Assembly: GCA_964409515.1 (NCBI GenBank)
Contig: CAYPDY010000001.1
Coordinates: 6,072 to 63,393 of the forward strand
Reading direction: 5' to 3'
Source: an uncultured Dehalococcoidia bacterium
Lineage (GTDB): Bacteria > Chloroflexota > Dehalococcoidia > UBA2247 > RBG-13-53-26
Length of the DNA stretch: 57,322 nt
Positions within the stretch are counted from its first letter, which is position 1; every line of letters begins with the position of its first letter. The translations under genes were made by a program, and so were the position numbers. Below, piece by piece: positions 32,593 to 42,418 of the stretch. The notes below the pieces were generated by a model that saw only the letters and a list, made by a program, of their open reading frames with translations, was not told the origin of the DNA and searched no databases.

Positions 32593-35304
32593 CTATCGCA
32601 GCAGGACCCGGCTGTCCACTACCCGGTAGCCCTCGCCCTGCGGCATGACCCTCACCGGGTTCAGGTCCAGCTCGCTGATCTGCGGCACGTCCTCCACCAG
32701 CGCCGACAGCCGCAGCAGCATGTCCCGCAGGGCCGGCGTGTCGGCGGGAGGCGACCCCCTGAATCCTTCGAACAGCCGGGCCATCCTGACCGAGCCTATG
32801 AGATCCCTGGCGTCCCTGTCCGTCAGGGGGTGGAGCGCCACCGCCACATCATTGAGGAGCTCAGCGTAGATGCCGCCGATCCCGAACATGATGACCGGCC
32901 CGAAGGACGGGTCCTGGGTCACCCCGGCTATGGCCTCGACCCCGCCTTTGACCATGCGCTGCACGGTCACCCCCCGCATCTCGGACTCGCGCCCGATCTC
33001 CTGGAGCTTGCCCCTGATGATGTCGAAGGCCGCCTCGACCTCCTCGGCCGATGCTATGTTCAGCATCACTCCGCCGACGTCGGTCTTGTGCGTGATGGTA
33101 GCCGAGTTGAGCTTCACGGCGACGGGGAACCCCATCTTCGCGGCGATGGCCGCGGCCTCGCCCGGCGTCCGCGCCGCCAGCGTCTCAATGGTCTGTATGC
33201 CGTAGCAGCTCAGCAGCTCGGAGACGGCGTCCGCGGGCAGCCACAGGGGCCTCTGGGGGTTGCCGGCCATTGCTTCCTGGACGATCTTGCCGGCCCGGGC
33301 CCGCCGGAGGCCGCGTATCCGCGGAATGCTTCCGGGCTGGCGCCGGGCTATTTCCCCGCACTGGACGGCCTTCTCCAGCGCCGCCACGGCACCCTCCGGG
33401 AAGAGGAAACTGGGCACGGGTTTGTGGCCTGTTCCCAGCTTCCTCAGCATGCCTCTCTGCCCGATGAAACAGGTCAGCAGGACCTTCCCCCGGCGCCGGA
33501 AGACCGGCATCATCCGCCGCAGGGCGTTGTCCATCTCCTCGTAGCCGATGACCACGGGGGGCACGAATATGGCCAGCACCGCATCGATATCCGGGTCCTG
33601 GGCCAGTACCTTCAGGACGCCCAGGAACTCTGCGGCGGTAGCGCCGGCAGTTAGGTCCAGCGGATTTCCGAAGCTGATGTCCCGCCTGGCGACGGCCTTC
33701 ACGGCGGCCCGGGTCTCGGCGGAGAGCTCCGGCAGCACCAGCCGGTGATGGGTGGCGGCATCGGCGGCGATGATGCCCGGTCCGCCACCGTTGGTGACTA
33801 TGGCCAGCCTTCGGCCCCGCGGCATGGGCTGGGTGGACAGCAGGCCGGCGACATCGAAGAGCTGCTCAACGGTATTTACCCGGACGACCCCCGCCTGGCG
33901 GAAGAGGGCGTCGGACATGATGTCGGGCGTGGCCAGGGAGCCGGTGTGGGACTCCGCCGCGCGTGAGCCGGCGGCGGTGCTGCCGCCTTTGACCACGACT
34001 ATGGGCTTGGAGGCCGAGACCCGGCGGGCAATGCGGCCGAGCTTGCGCGGATCGCCGAATGATTCCAGGTAGAGCAGGATGACCCTGGTGGCCGGGTCCT
34101 GCTCCCAGTACTGCAGCAGGTCGATCGGCGAGATGTCGGCCCGGTTGCCGATGCTGGCGAAGGATGAGAGGCCGAGGTTGAAGTTGCGGGCGTATTCCAG
34201 GACCACGAGGCCCATGGCGCCGCTCTGGGACAGGAAGGCGATGTTGCCTGGCTGGGGCCGGACCAGGGAGAAGGTGGCATTGAGCCTCACGGCCGGATCG
34301 GTGTTGATCACCCCCATGCAGTTCGGCCCCACCAGCCGCATACCGTGTCCCAGGGTGACCAGGCGCAGCTCCTGTTCCCGCAGGGCGCCCTCGGCGCCCC
34401 TCTCCCGGAACCCGTCGGAGATGACGATGAGCGCCTGCACCCCCTTCCGCCCGCACTCATCCGCCACGCCGACCACGGCCGGGGCCGGCACCGCGATGAG
34501 CGCCATGTCGACCTGGCCGGGGATGTCGAGGACGGAGGGATAGGCCTTGACCGAGAGTATGGCTTCCGCCTTCGGGTTGACCGGGTACACGACCCCGGAG
34601 AACTCGCCTTGCATGATGGACTGCATCACCAGGTGGCCGATGGTGCCGGCTTCCCGGGAGGCGCCGATGACGGCCACTGAGCGGGGGTGGAGGACGGCGC
34701 GGAGCGCGGCCAGGGTGGAGTCCATCTCCCGTTTCTCCTCCTTCCTGACCACGGCCCGGGTGCGGACTATAGGGAAAACGACGTGGTAGACGCCGCCCAC
34801 CATCACGCTGGTGACGTGGAAGCCATAGTCGCTGAAGACCTTCATCATGGCCCCGTTCTCCGCCAGGACGTCGGCTTCAAAGACCTTGATGCCGTTGCGG
34901 CGGGCCACCCTGATCAGCCATTCCAGCAGCCTGGTGCCGATGCCCTTTCCCTGGTGAGCCTCATCGACGACGAAGGCTACCTCGGCGGAGCGCTCGTCGG
35001 GCAGGCGGACATAGCGGCCGATGGCGATGATGTCCCGGGTCTCTCCCCGGGGCAGCTCGGCCACAAAAGCGAAGGTGTTCTTGTAGTCCACGGTGCAGAA
35101 CCGGACGGCGTCCTCCGGCTCCATCATGCCCCGCGCGTGATGGAAGCGGAGATAGAGGCTGTGGGGGGTGAGCCCGTTGACAAAGGCGAGCCAGCGCCCG
35201 GTGTCATCGGCCCTGATCGGGCGGAAGATGGCGAGTGAGCCGTCCTTGAGGACTACCTCGGTCTCGACCTCTGATGGGGATGGCCTCCCGGCTTCCGTGG
35301 TCAT
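32593..35304 (-). CDS. GNAT acetyltransferase fused to ADP-forming acyl-CoA synthetase-like (CoA-binding, CoA-ligase, ATP-grasp) domains
   Basis: GNAT: FVVDEAHQGKGIGTRLLEWL. CoA-binding: PRSVAVIGASRE...VYPVNPK...DMALIAVPA. LVGPNCMGVIN. C-terminal ATP-grasp: GFPVAVKL...HKTDVGGV. Start at MTTEAGRP (GGGGGAGGTG SD). Confidence 0.9.
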   Translation of the reverse strand: MTTEAGRPSPSEVETEVVLKDGSLAIFRPIRADDTGRWLAFVNGLTPHSLYLRFHHARGMMEPEDAVRFCTVDYKNTFAFVAELPRGETRDIIAIGRYVRLPDERSAEVAFVVDEAHQGKGIGTRLLEWLIRVARRNGIKVFEADVLAENGAMMKVFSDYGFHVTSVMVGGVYHVVFPIVRTRAVVRKEEKREMDSTLAALRAVLHPRSVAVIGASREAGTIGHLVMQSIMQGEFSGVVYPVNPKAEAILSVKAYPSVLDIPGQVDMALIAVPAPAVVGVADECGRKGVQALIVISDGFRERGAEGALREQELRLVTLGHGMRLVGPNCMGVINTDPAVRLNATFSLVRPQPGNIAFLSQSGAMGLVVLEYARNFNLGLSSFASIGNRADISPIDLLQYWEQDPATRVILLYLESFGDPRKLGRIARRVSASKPIVVVKGGSTAAGSRAAESHTGSLATPDIMSDALFRQAGVVRVNTVEQLFDVAGLLSTQPMPRGRRLAIVTNGGGPGIIAADAATHHRLVLPELSAETRAAVKAVARRDISFGNPLDLTAGATAAEFLGVLKVLAQDPDIDAVLAIFVPPVVIGYEEMDNALRRMMPVFRRRGKVLLTCFIGQRGMLRKLGTGHKPVPSFLFPEGAVAALEKAVQCGEIARRQPGSIPRIRGLRRARAGKIVQEAMAGNPQRPLWLPADAVSELLSCYGIQTIETLAARTPGEAAAIAAKMGFPVAVKLNSATITHKTDVGGVMLNIASAEEVEAAFDIIRGKLQEIGRESEMRGVTVQRMVKGGVEAIAGVTQDPSFGPVIMFGIGGIYAELLNDVAVALHPLTDRDARDLIGSVRMARLFEGFRGSPPADTPALRDMLLRLSALVEDVPQISELDLNPVRVMPQGEGYRVVDSRVLLR

Positions 35305-35344
35305 CTGCACCTCCCCCCGATCGCCGCCCGAGTCGTGGACCGCC

Positions 35345-35842
35345 TCAGTGGAACTCGGCCAGCAACTCTTGCGCCCAACGCCGCGCGCGCTCCAGCCTGG
35401 CGGCATCGGGCAGACCGACGGTTGACGGCCGGTCCTTGGCCCAGGCCATCAGCTTCTCGTCCTTGCTCCTGGTCATGAAATCGGCCACCTGCTCTGAGAG
35501 CTCGCCCTGGCAGTCAAAGACACCGGCCAGTTTGGCCCCGGCCGCGGCCGCCCTGCAGTTGGCCAGCCACCCCGGCAGCTCCGGGGAGTCCTCGGGCGTG
35601 GCATGGGTGATGAACAGGGCGATGTTCCGCCCGGCAGCGTGCTTCTGGAGGAAATCGGCGGCGGGCTTGGCTGGCCCGTACGCCTGGATGGGGAAGCCGA
35701 CGAAGGCCAGGTCGCAGCCGTCAAGGCTCTGGACCTGCTGCAGCTCTTTGATCTCTTTCGCACCCTTGACCTGGTCGAAGATGGCCTGGGCTACCTTCCT
35801 GGTGTTGCCTGTCTGCGAAACGTAGGTGACCAGGACCTTCAT
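35345..35842 (-). CDS. flavodoxin-family protein
   Basis: MKVLVTYVSQTGNTRKVAQAI is an FMN phosphate-binding loop. Confidence 0.85.
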   Translation of the reverse strand: MKVLVTYVSQTGNTRKVAQAIFDQVKGAKEIKELQQVQSLDGCDLAFVGFPIQAYGPAKPAADFLQKHAAGRNIALFITHATPEDSPELPGWLANCRAAAAGAKLAGVFDCQGELSEQVADFMTRSKDEKLMAWAKDRPSTVGLPDAARLERARRWAQELLAEFH

Positions 35843-35891
35843 GACTATCCCTCCTTGAAATCAATGTCCGATACGCCATTCTACCATGGCG

Positions 35892-38800
35892 CTACCCCTC
35901 CAGCATTCGGAGTATGGCCCTGATCGGCACGCTCACCCAGTCGGGGTGGCTGTCGAGCTCGGTGGCGATCTCCGAGAGGGCCCGGGCCAGCAGCAGCGCA
36001 TTGAGGAGGGTTGCCGTTTCCTTCTGGCCGGCGGGCAGCAGCGAGGCTGTCTTCATCGTATCCAGGTAGGACGTGAGGAAGACCGCTGTCGACCAGGTGG
36101 TCCAGAATCGGGCCCACAGCTCGGGCATGGGCGCGTGCCGGGGGTCCAGCCCCGTGGCCCCCTGGCGCGCCACGGAGAAGCCGGCCGCGTAGTCGAAGGA
36201 GCGGACCATTCCGGCCACATCGGTGAGCGGCGAGCGCTTCAGGCGCCGTTCAGTCAGGGGTCGTCTCGTGTCCCCCTCGAAATCGATGATCACGAAATCC
36301 TTCCCGGTGTAGAGCACCTGTCCCAGGTGGTAGTCGCCGTGACAGCGGATGCGCCCGCCGCCGAACTTGAGGTGGCGCATCGTCTGAAAGCGGGCGACCG
36401 TCTTGTCCTCCAGCGACAGAAGGTGTTCGGCCTCCTGTCTCAGTGCCTCGGGCAGGTCTTCCAGCCGGGCCCGCAGCAGCTCCATGGTCTGCACCGCCGA
36501 GCTCCTCATGGCGTGGTAGACCGCGTTCTGATAGATCATCGAGAAGGGTTCGGGGGCGAACTCCGGGTCGGCGGGGTCTGACGCCAGCGCCAGATGCATC
36601 CGGGCGGTGCGCTCCCCGAGCAGGTGCAGCGACGACAGGAAGGGCCCCATGGTCTCCTCGACCAGCGCCGGAACCGGTTCATTCAAGAACAGGGGGGGCG
36701 TCAGGGGAATGGGGGGCACCTGGACCGTGGGATGGGCCAGGGCCCGCTTGTAGTAGCGATCGAGGGCGTCCGCCGTGTGGCGCCAGCCGTCCACCGCGTT
36801 GGGCACCAGGCCGTGCAGGACCGCCAGGGTCGATGGACGCCTGTTGCGCACCCGGTACTCCAGGGCGCCGACCAGTGGCGGTGTGTGGGGGAATCCGGCC
36901 TTCTCCGTCAGGAAGCGCCCCACCTCGAGGTCCGGGTTCAGCCCCTCTTCGAGGTGCCGGAACAGCTTCAGGATCAGCCGGTCTCCGTAGGTGACGGAGG
37001 TGTTGCTGCTCCCGGCCTTGACCGGCGCGCTGTCCAGTCCCAGCTTGTCCCTGCTCACCTCTCCCACAAACTCCAACAGTCGGCCGGGCATGGCCGTGAT
37101 GGCGCCCTTGTCGCCTTTGAACCGGCGGCGTTTGCCGATGGCATCCAGGAGGTGACCGCAGAAGGTCTTGTCCACGGTGGCATCGTAAAGCCATCGTGGT
37201 GTCTCCTCCGCCGCGCCCCTCGACGTCAGGCGGGCCACCAGGGCATGGGGGTGCTCGGCCAGTACCCTCAGGGCCGCCTCCTGGTCCCCCACGGCCAGGG
37301 CGATGGCGTAGGTCTCCGATTCGCCTTCGCAGAAGTTGATCCTGGCCAGGACCAGGTGGGCGGCATGGTCCGGGAAATCGAAGGGGACAACGTCCTCTAT
37401 TTCGCACGATTGGGTCCGGTCCGCCTTGCCGCGGAACCAGCGGCGGTGGGGGAGGTACTCCAGCAGCACTGGTTCCAGGACCGGCCACTGCTCCCGTTCC
37501 ATCAGCTGACTTTCGTCCAGAACGATGGCCGGCACGTCCGCGGAGACCCCTGGGGTCTCCGCCGGCAGGAGACGCTGGTGCGGCGCCTCCATGGGCTCCG
37601 GCCTGAGGGAAAGCCAGTAGAAACCGTACGGGCCGAGGGTCAGGCCGTACTCGCCATCGCCGATCGGGGCAAACTCGGAGCGGCCGAACAGCTCCACCGG
37701 AGAAACCCCCTTGAAGGCGGAGAGGTCGAGCCGGCCATGCTGGGCGCTGTGCGAGAGGTTGGCCACCACCAGGATGGCCTCGTCCCGGTACTGCCGGATG
37801 AAGGCCAGGACCTTGCGGTTCTCCGGATGCAGGAAGGAGATGCTGCCCCTGCCCAGGCTCCTGAAGCGCTTCCTCAACGCCACCAGGCGCTTCATCCACC
37901 ACAGCAGGGAGTCGGGATTGCCCTGCTGGTTCTCCACGTTCACCGATTCGTAGTGGTATTCGGGGTCGATGATGGGCGGCAGGTACAGTTTCTGAGGGTT
38001 GGTCCGGGAGAAGCCGGCGTTGCGGTCCGGGCTCCACTGCATCGGAGTGCGCACCCCGTTGCGGTCGCCCAGGTAGACGTTGTCGCCCATGCCGATCTCA
38101 TCTCCGTAGTAGACCACCGGCGTGCCAGGCAGAGAGAAGAGCAGGATGTTCATCAGCTCGATCTTGCGGCGGTCGTTATTGAGGAGCGGGGCCAGGCGGC
38201 GGCGGATGCCCAGGTTCAGCCGGGCCACCGGGTCATGGGCGTACACCCGGTACATGTAGTCGCGTTCCTCATCGGCCACCATCTCCAGGGTCAGCTCATC
38301 GTGGTTGCGGAGAAAGAGCGCCCACTGGCAGCTCTCCGGAACCGTGGGCGTCTGCTCCATGACATCCAGGATGGGGAAGCGGTCTTCCATGCGGATGGCC
38401 ATGAACATGCGGGGCATCAGGGGGAAGTGAAAGGCCATGTGGGACTCGTCTCCATCGCCGAAGTAGGCCACCGCGTCCTCGGGCCACTGGTTGGCCTCAG
38501 CCAGGAGCATCCGGTTCTTGAATTTGGCGTCGATATGCCGGCGCAGGCTCCTTAGAAAGACATGGGTTTGGGGCAGGTTCTCGCAGGTGGTGCCTTCCCG
38601 CTTGTAGAGGTAGGGCACCGCGTCCGCCCGGAAGCCGTCCACCCCCAGGCGCAGCCAGAAATTCACCACATTCATGATCGCCCGGTGCACCGCCGGATTG
38701 TCGTAGTTCAGGTCGGGCTGATGTGAATAGAAACGGTGAAAGTAGTAGGCTTTGGCCACGGGGTCCCAGGACCAGTTTGACTGCTCGAACTGGGTGAAGA

Positions 38801-39266
38801 TGATGCGCGCATCACGGTACCTGTTGGTGTTGTCGCTCCAGATATAGTAATCCCGCCACCGGCTTCCCGGGGGGGAGCGGCGGGCCCGCTGGAACCATGG
38901 ATGCTGGTCCGAAGTGTGGTTCAGGACCAGCTCGATGATGATCCTCAGGCCGCGCTGATGGGCCTCGTCCACCAGCGTGCGGAAATCGGCCATGTTGCCG
39001 TAGACGGGCTGTATGTCCGTGTAGTCCGAGACATCGTACCCGTCATCCTTCAGGGGAGAGGGAAAGAAGGGCAGCAGCCAGACGGCCGTCACCCCCAGGT
39101 CGTGAAGATAGTCGAGCTTGTCTATCAGCCCCCGGATGTCGCCCACGCCGTCCATGTCGCTGTCCGAGAAGGCCCGGATATGGAGCTCGTAGACTACTGC
39201 CTCTTTGTACCAGAGAGGGTCGTTGTCAACGAACGGGTGCCTGTCGCTCCGCCTGCGCATGCTCAT
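35892..39266 (-). CDS. treS: trehalose synthase (maltose alpha-D-glucosyltransferase) fused to maltokinase
   Basis: GH13 N-terminal half: WYKEAVVYELHIRAF, GFRADAVPYL, FLRNHDELTLE. C-terminal kinase-like half: RIRCHGDYHLGQVLYTGKDFVIIDFEG. Start at MSMRRR, approximate. Confidence 0.9.
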   Translation of the reverse strand: MSMRRRSDRHPFVDNDPLWYKEAVVYELHIRAFSDSDMDGVGDIRGLIDKLDYLHDLGVTAVWLLPFFPSPLKDDGYDVSDYTDIQPVYGNMADFRTLVDEAHQRGLRIIIELVLNHTSDQHPWFQRARRSPPGSRWRDYYIWSDNTNRYRDARIIFTQFEQSNWSWDPVAKAYYFHRFYSHQPDLNYDNPAVHRAIMNVVNFWLRLGVDGFRADAVPYLYKREGTTCENLPQTHVFLRSLRRHIDAKFKNRMLLAEANQWPEDAVAYFGDGDESHMAFHFPLMPRMFMAIRMEDRFPILDVMEQTPTVPESCQWALFLRNHDELTLEMVADEERDYMYRVYAHDPVARLNLGIRRRLAPLLNNDRRKIELMNILLFSLPGTPVVYYGDEIGMGDNVYLGDRNGVRTPMQWSPDRNAGFSRTNPQKLYLPPIIDPEYHYESVNVENQQGNPDSLLWWMKRLVALRKRFRSLGRGSISFLHPENRKVLAFIRQYRDEAILVVANLSHSAQHGRLDLSAFKGVSPVELFGRSEFAPIGDGEYGLTLGPYGFYWLSLRPEPMEAPHQRLLPAETPGVSADVPAIVLDESQLMEREQWPVLEPVLLEYLPHRRWFRGKADRTQSCEIEDVVPFDFPDHAAHLVLARINFCEGESETYAIALAVGDQEAALRVLAEHPHALVARLTSRGAAEETPRWLYDATVDKTFCGHLLDAIGKRRRFKGDKGAITAMPGRLLEFVGEVSRDKLGLDSAPVKAGSSNTSVTYGDRLILKLFRHLEEGLNPDLEVGRFLTEKAGFPHTPPLVGALEYRVRNRRPSTLAVLHGLVPNAVDGWRHTADALDRYYKRALAHPTVQVPPIPLTPPLFLNEPVPALVEETMGPFLSSLHLLGERTARMHLALASDPADPEFAPEPFSMIYQNAVYHAMRSSAVQTMELLRARLEDLPEALRQEAEHLLSLEDKTVARFQTMRHLKFGGGRIRCHGDYHLGQVLYTGKDFVIIDFEGDTRRPLTERRLKRSPLTDVAGMVRSFDYAAGFSVARQGATGLDPRHAPMPELWARFWTTWSTAVFLTSYLDTMKTASLLPAGQKETATLLNALLLARALSEIATELDSHPDWVSVPIRAILRMLEG

Positions 39267-39344
39267 CTTATAACCATACCGTCCCACTACCCTTTCTACA
39301 GCCCGGTCCGGCAAGAGTCCGGCCCTGCCGGCTGGGGCTCGAAC

Positions 39345-39761
39345 TTACCTGCCCAGGGTCGCCCGCACGTACTCCGCCAGCTCCCTCCCGGCCAGGGGCC
39401 CGGTGAACACCCCCCTGGCCCCGTGCAGCAGGCTCTCCGTCTGCAACGAGGGGCTGCGCTGGTCCGTGATCACCAGGAATGGTATGCTGGCTGCCTGAAG
39501 CCTCTCGCAGTGTTTCCACACGACCCGGCCGAGACCGGCCAGGTCGATGACCACCAGCGCCACCTTCTTCCCGCTTTGGATCACCGTCTCCATTCCGGCC
39601 AGGCTGGTGGCGATGCTTACGTCATATCTATGCTGCTTGAGAGACTGACTCTGCTGCTCGGCATCGCCGGGGCTGGTGCTCACCAGCATCACCGCCGATC
39701 TGGCCGGGCGCCTCTCCCCCGGCCCCTGAATGCCTCCCGGGTTCACGCGTTGCACACCCAT
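39345..39761 (-). CDS. receiver-like (CheY fold) protein with degenerate active-site residues
   Basis: Has VALVVIDLAG (Asp) and PFLVITDQ (Thr). VMLVSTSPGD replaces the DD pair and GVFTGPL replaces K-P. The start may be internal (VML... at about 39689). Confidence 0.55.
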   Translation of the reverse strand: MGVQRVNPGGIQGPGERRPARSAVMLVSTSPGDAEQQSQSLKQHRYDVSIATSLAGMETVIQSGKKVALVVIDLAGLGRVVWKHCERLQAASIPFLVITDQRSPSLQTESLLHGARGVFTGPLAGRELAEYVRATLGR

Positions 39762-39790
39762 CTCACCACCTCACTACGCCGTGATCCTAT

Positions 39791-39819
39791 ATTCTGTCGG
39801 CGATCGCCGACGTTGTCAA
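39791..39819 (-). promoter_or_regulatory. candidate promoter TTGACA-N17-CAGAAT whose spacer is a perfect 16-bp palindrome GTCGGCGATCGCCGAC
   Basis: On the minus strand, TTGACA is at 39819-39814 and CAGAAT at 39796-39791. The palindrome spans 39796-39811. Confidence 0.4.
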
Positions 39820-39880
39820 AAGGCCCGCACCAGCAGTTTAGTGGGTCCGGCCGCGCCAATCAACCGCCATCTCTGGTAAT

Positions 39881-42367
39881 ATGGGGCCAGCCATGCCAGA
39901 CGCCGCAATGGGGGGAAGCGCTCCACAGCCCGGGCGGGCTACGGAGGCGTCGCTGCGGTCCCGGCTGGGCATCCCGGCCGGGGCGAAGCGGGTCATCGTT
40001 TTCGCGGAATCCAGCCACTGGGACCCCAACTGGAGGCTCACCTCGGGGGACTATTTCCGGCGGCTGGTCGGCCCCAACCTCGATAAGGCCGTCAGCGAGC
40101 TCCTGCGGGAGCCCCGCCGCGTCTACTCGATCGAGTGTGTCTTCTTCCTCCGGCTGTACTGGGAGGGCCGCCCCCGGCAGCAGGATGCCGTGCGGCAGCT
40201 GGTGAACGAGGGCCGGCTCCGGCTCACCTCCAGCGGCGTCACCACCGCCGACACCATCCTGCCCAGTGCCGAGGCGATCCTGCGGGACCTGCTGCTGGGC
40301 CAGGAGTGGCTGCGCTCGAACGGAATGGTGCAGGAGCCGCCGCTGGCCTACTTCCCCGACAGCTTCGGCGGCTCGCCCGCTCTGCCGTCCCTGCTGCGGG
40401 CGGCCGGCTTCAGCCAGGCGGCCATGACCCACATCGACGGCGCGCTGCACCCCAGCTCTTATCATGAGGTGTTGTTCAGACGGTTCCCCCGCCCAGGTTC
40501 CAGCGCCGCGCGGCTCATGGAGCAAGAGCGCTGCCTGGATTTCATCTGGCGCGGCCGCGACGGCGCCGAGGTCCTCTGCCACTGGAACCGGCACGGATAC
40601 AATCAGGGTGATACCCTAGCCTACCGCGGCCTGGGGCGGGGAGGGCTCAGCACCTTCGCCATTCCCGACCCTTCCGACCGGAACGTGGCCGGCAAGGTGC
40701 GCCGCTTCGCCCGCCAGCTGATACCCTTTTCGCGGACGCCGTATCTGTTCTGCGCCATCGGCGGCGATTTCATCGACCCTACCCCCGGTCTGGTGGCCTT
40801 GCTGGACCGCTGCAACCAGCGCCACTACCCCTCCACGGGCATCTGGGCGGTCAACGCCGGGCTGGATGACTACCTGGCCCTGGTGGACTGCCACCGGGAG
40901 GTATTACCCGTCCTCGAGCTTGATCCCAACCCGTGCTGGACCGGGTTCTACGCGACCCGGCCTACCCTGAAGAGGAAATGCCGGGACCTGGTCGACCTGC
41001 TGCTGCTGGCCGAGCAGTTCTCGCTTCTGCCGCAGAACGAGGGTCAGGCGAGGCGGGTGGCCCGGGCCATCGAGGACGCCTGGTGGCATGCCGCCGCTTC
41101 CAACCACCATGACTTCATCACCGGAACGGCGGCGGACGGCGTAGTGCGCACCGAGCAGGAGCCGTGGCTCGACAAGGGGATAGCAGAGGCCAGGGCGGCC
41201 ATGGAAGGCCTGGCGCCGCCCGCGGGTCAGGCGGCGAAGGCCGCGCCGGCCGCCGGGGCGCTCGCCTGCAGCCGGCACGACGGCGTCCTGGAGATAACAA
41301 CGCCCTACTACGTTATGGAGCTGGCCGAGCGCAGGGGCGGGTCAATCCTGCGCGCGCGGCGCCCGGGCTCGCAGGCGCCGCTGCTGTCGCTGTCCAACTG
41401 TGTCGTGAGCTACCGGGATTCCGGCGGATTGTGGAGGATGGGCCATGAGTACCTGGGCGGGTGGTTGAGAGAGGCCGGCCGGTCGTGCGACCGGCCCGCC
41501 CGGCTGGAGGTCAGCGGCGATGGCGGCCGCCCTGGCGGGGAGGAAGGCGGCCGGTGCCTGCAGGTTTCCGCCACCGTGGAGGTGGATGGCCAGACGGTCC
41601 GCCAGGTCTGCCAGTTCGGCTCCGACTCGCCGGCGATCAGGTTTCGCGTGGAAGGTCAGGCCGGCCACCGCCGCACGTTGACCGTCCGGTTCGGCACGGG
41701 CCTGGCCCCGGACCGCCTGGCCATGGACGCGCCGGGCGGCATCGTAGTCAGGCCGCTGGACAGGATATACTCACCGACCTTCTGGCCGGCCCAGAGCTTC
41801 GTCCACTTCCAGGACAGGGCCAGCGGCCGCGGCGTGGCCCTCTGCCTTTCCATGCCGGGGGCCGTGGCCTGCCGGTCCGACGGGACGCTGGAGCTGGTGG
41901 CCCTGCGCAACGCCACCGGCGAGCGGGTACTGGGCATCTTCCCGCTCCAGGGTATGACGGTGGCGGGGCACGAGATGTCCCGGCACATCTGCGAATACGC
42001 GCTGCTGTTTACCGAAGCCGGCGACTGGCGCCAGAACGCCATCCCGCTGGCGGCGCGGAGGGTGTTCCCCGGGCCCGAGGGTCCGGCGGGGCGGGGCGGG
42101 ATGGCGGAATCCCTGGCGGCCACCGATCGGCCCGAGGTAACGGTGACTGCGGTGAAGCGCGCCTCCCGCGGGGATGGCATCATCGTGCGTCTATGCTGCT
42201 GGGGGGAGGCCGGCCTGCCGGTCGTGGTGAGCCTTCGCGGATTTCTCCCGAAGGCCGCCTTCCTCTGCGACGCCCGGGAGCGCGACCTGGGGCCGCTGCT
42301 GGTCAGCGGCCGGGAAGTTCGCCTGGCCATGCCCGGGGCCATCGCCTCCATCAGGATACTGGCCTGA
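39881..42367 (+). CDS. glycoside hydrolase family 38 (alpha-mannosidase-like)
   Basis: VIVFAESSHWDPNW, YFPDSFGGSPALPSLL and a large C-terminal beta-rich region. The N-terminal Met choice (39881, 39893 or 39908) is uncertain. Confidence 0.85.
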   Translation: MGPAMPDAAMGGSAPQPGRATEASLRSRLGIPAGAKRVIVFAESSHWDPNWRLTSGDYFRRLVGPNLDKAVSELLREPRRVYSIECVFFLRLYWEGRPRQQDAVRQLVNEGRLRLTSSGVTTADTILPSAEAILRDLLLGQEWLRSNGMVQEPPLAYFPDSFGGSPALPSLLRAAGFSQAAMTHIDGALHPSSYHEVLFRRFPRPGSSAARLMEQERCLDFIWRGRDGAEVLCHWNRHGYNQGDTLAYRGLGRGGLSTFAIPDPSDRNVAGKVRRFARQLIPFSRTPYLFCAIGGDFIDPTPGLVALLDRCNQRHYPSTGIWAVNAGLDDYLALVDCHREVLPVLELDPNPCWTGFYATRPTLKRKCRDLVDLLLLAEQFSLLPQNEGQARRVARAIEDAWWHAAASNHHDFITGTAADGVVRTEQEPWLDKGIAEARAAMEGLAPPAGQAAKAAPAAGALACSRHDGVLEITTPYYVMELAERRGGSILRARRPGSQAPLLSLSNCVVSYRDSGGLWRMGHEYLGGWLREAGRSCDRPARLEVSGDGGRPGGEEGGRCLQVSATVEVDGQTVRQVCQFGSDSPAIRFRVEGQAGHRRTLTVRFGTGLAPDRLAMDAPGGIVVRPLDRIYSPTFWPAQSFVHFQDRASGRGVALCLSMPGAVACRSDGTLELVALRNATGERVLGIFPLQGMTVAGHEMSRHICEYALLFTEAGDWRQNAIPLAARRVFPGPEGPAGRGGMAESLAATDRPEVTVTAVKRASRGDGIIVRLCCWGEAGLPVVVSLRGFLPKAAFLCDARERDLGPLLVSGREVRLAMPGAIASIRILA

Positions 42368-42418
42368 CACAGGGTGCGCGTCTGCTGTGGCACCCGGTGA
42401 CCGGTCGGCCGCTGGCCG

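Noticed and set aside
36594-38555. 653-aa plus-strand ORF and 36679..38037 minus out-of-frame ORF inside treS-pep2
   Set aside because: Only the 35892..39314 frame gives GH13 and maltokinase motifs. The others are Gly/Arg/Pro-rich.
39796-39811. GCGATCGC (HIP1) core of the palindrome as evidence for a cyanobacterial origin
   Set aside because: I noticed only a single occurrence. HIP1 is diagnostic only when highly iterated, and the gene content does not look cyanobacterial.
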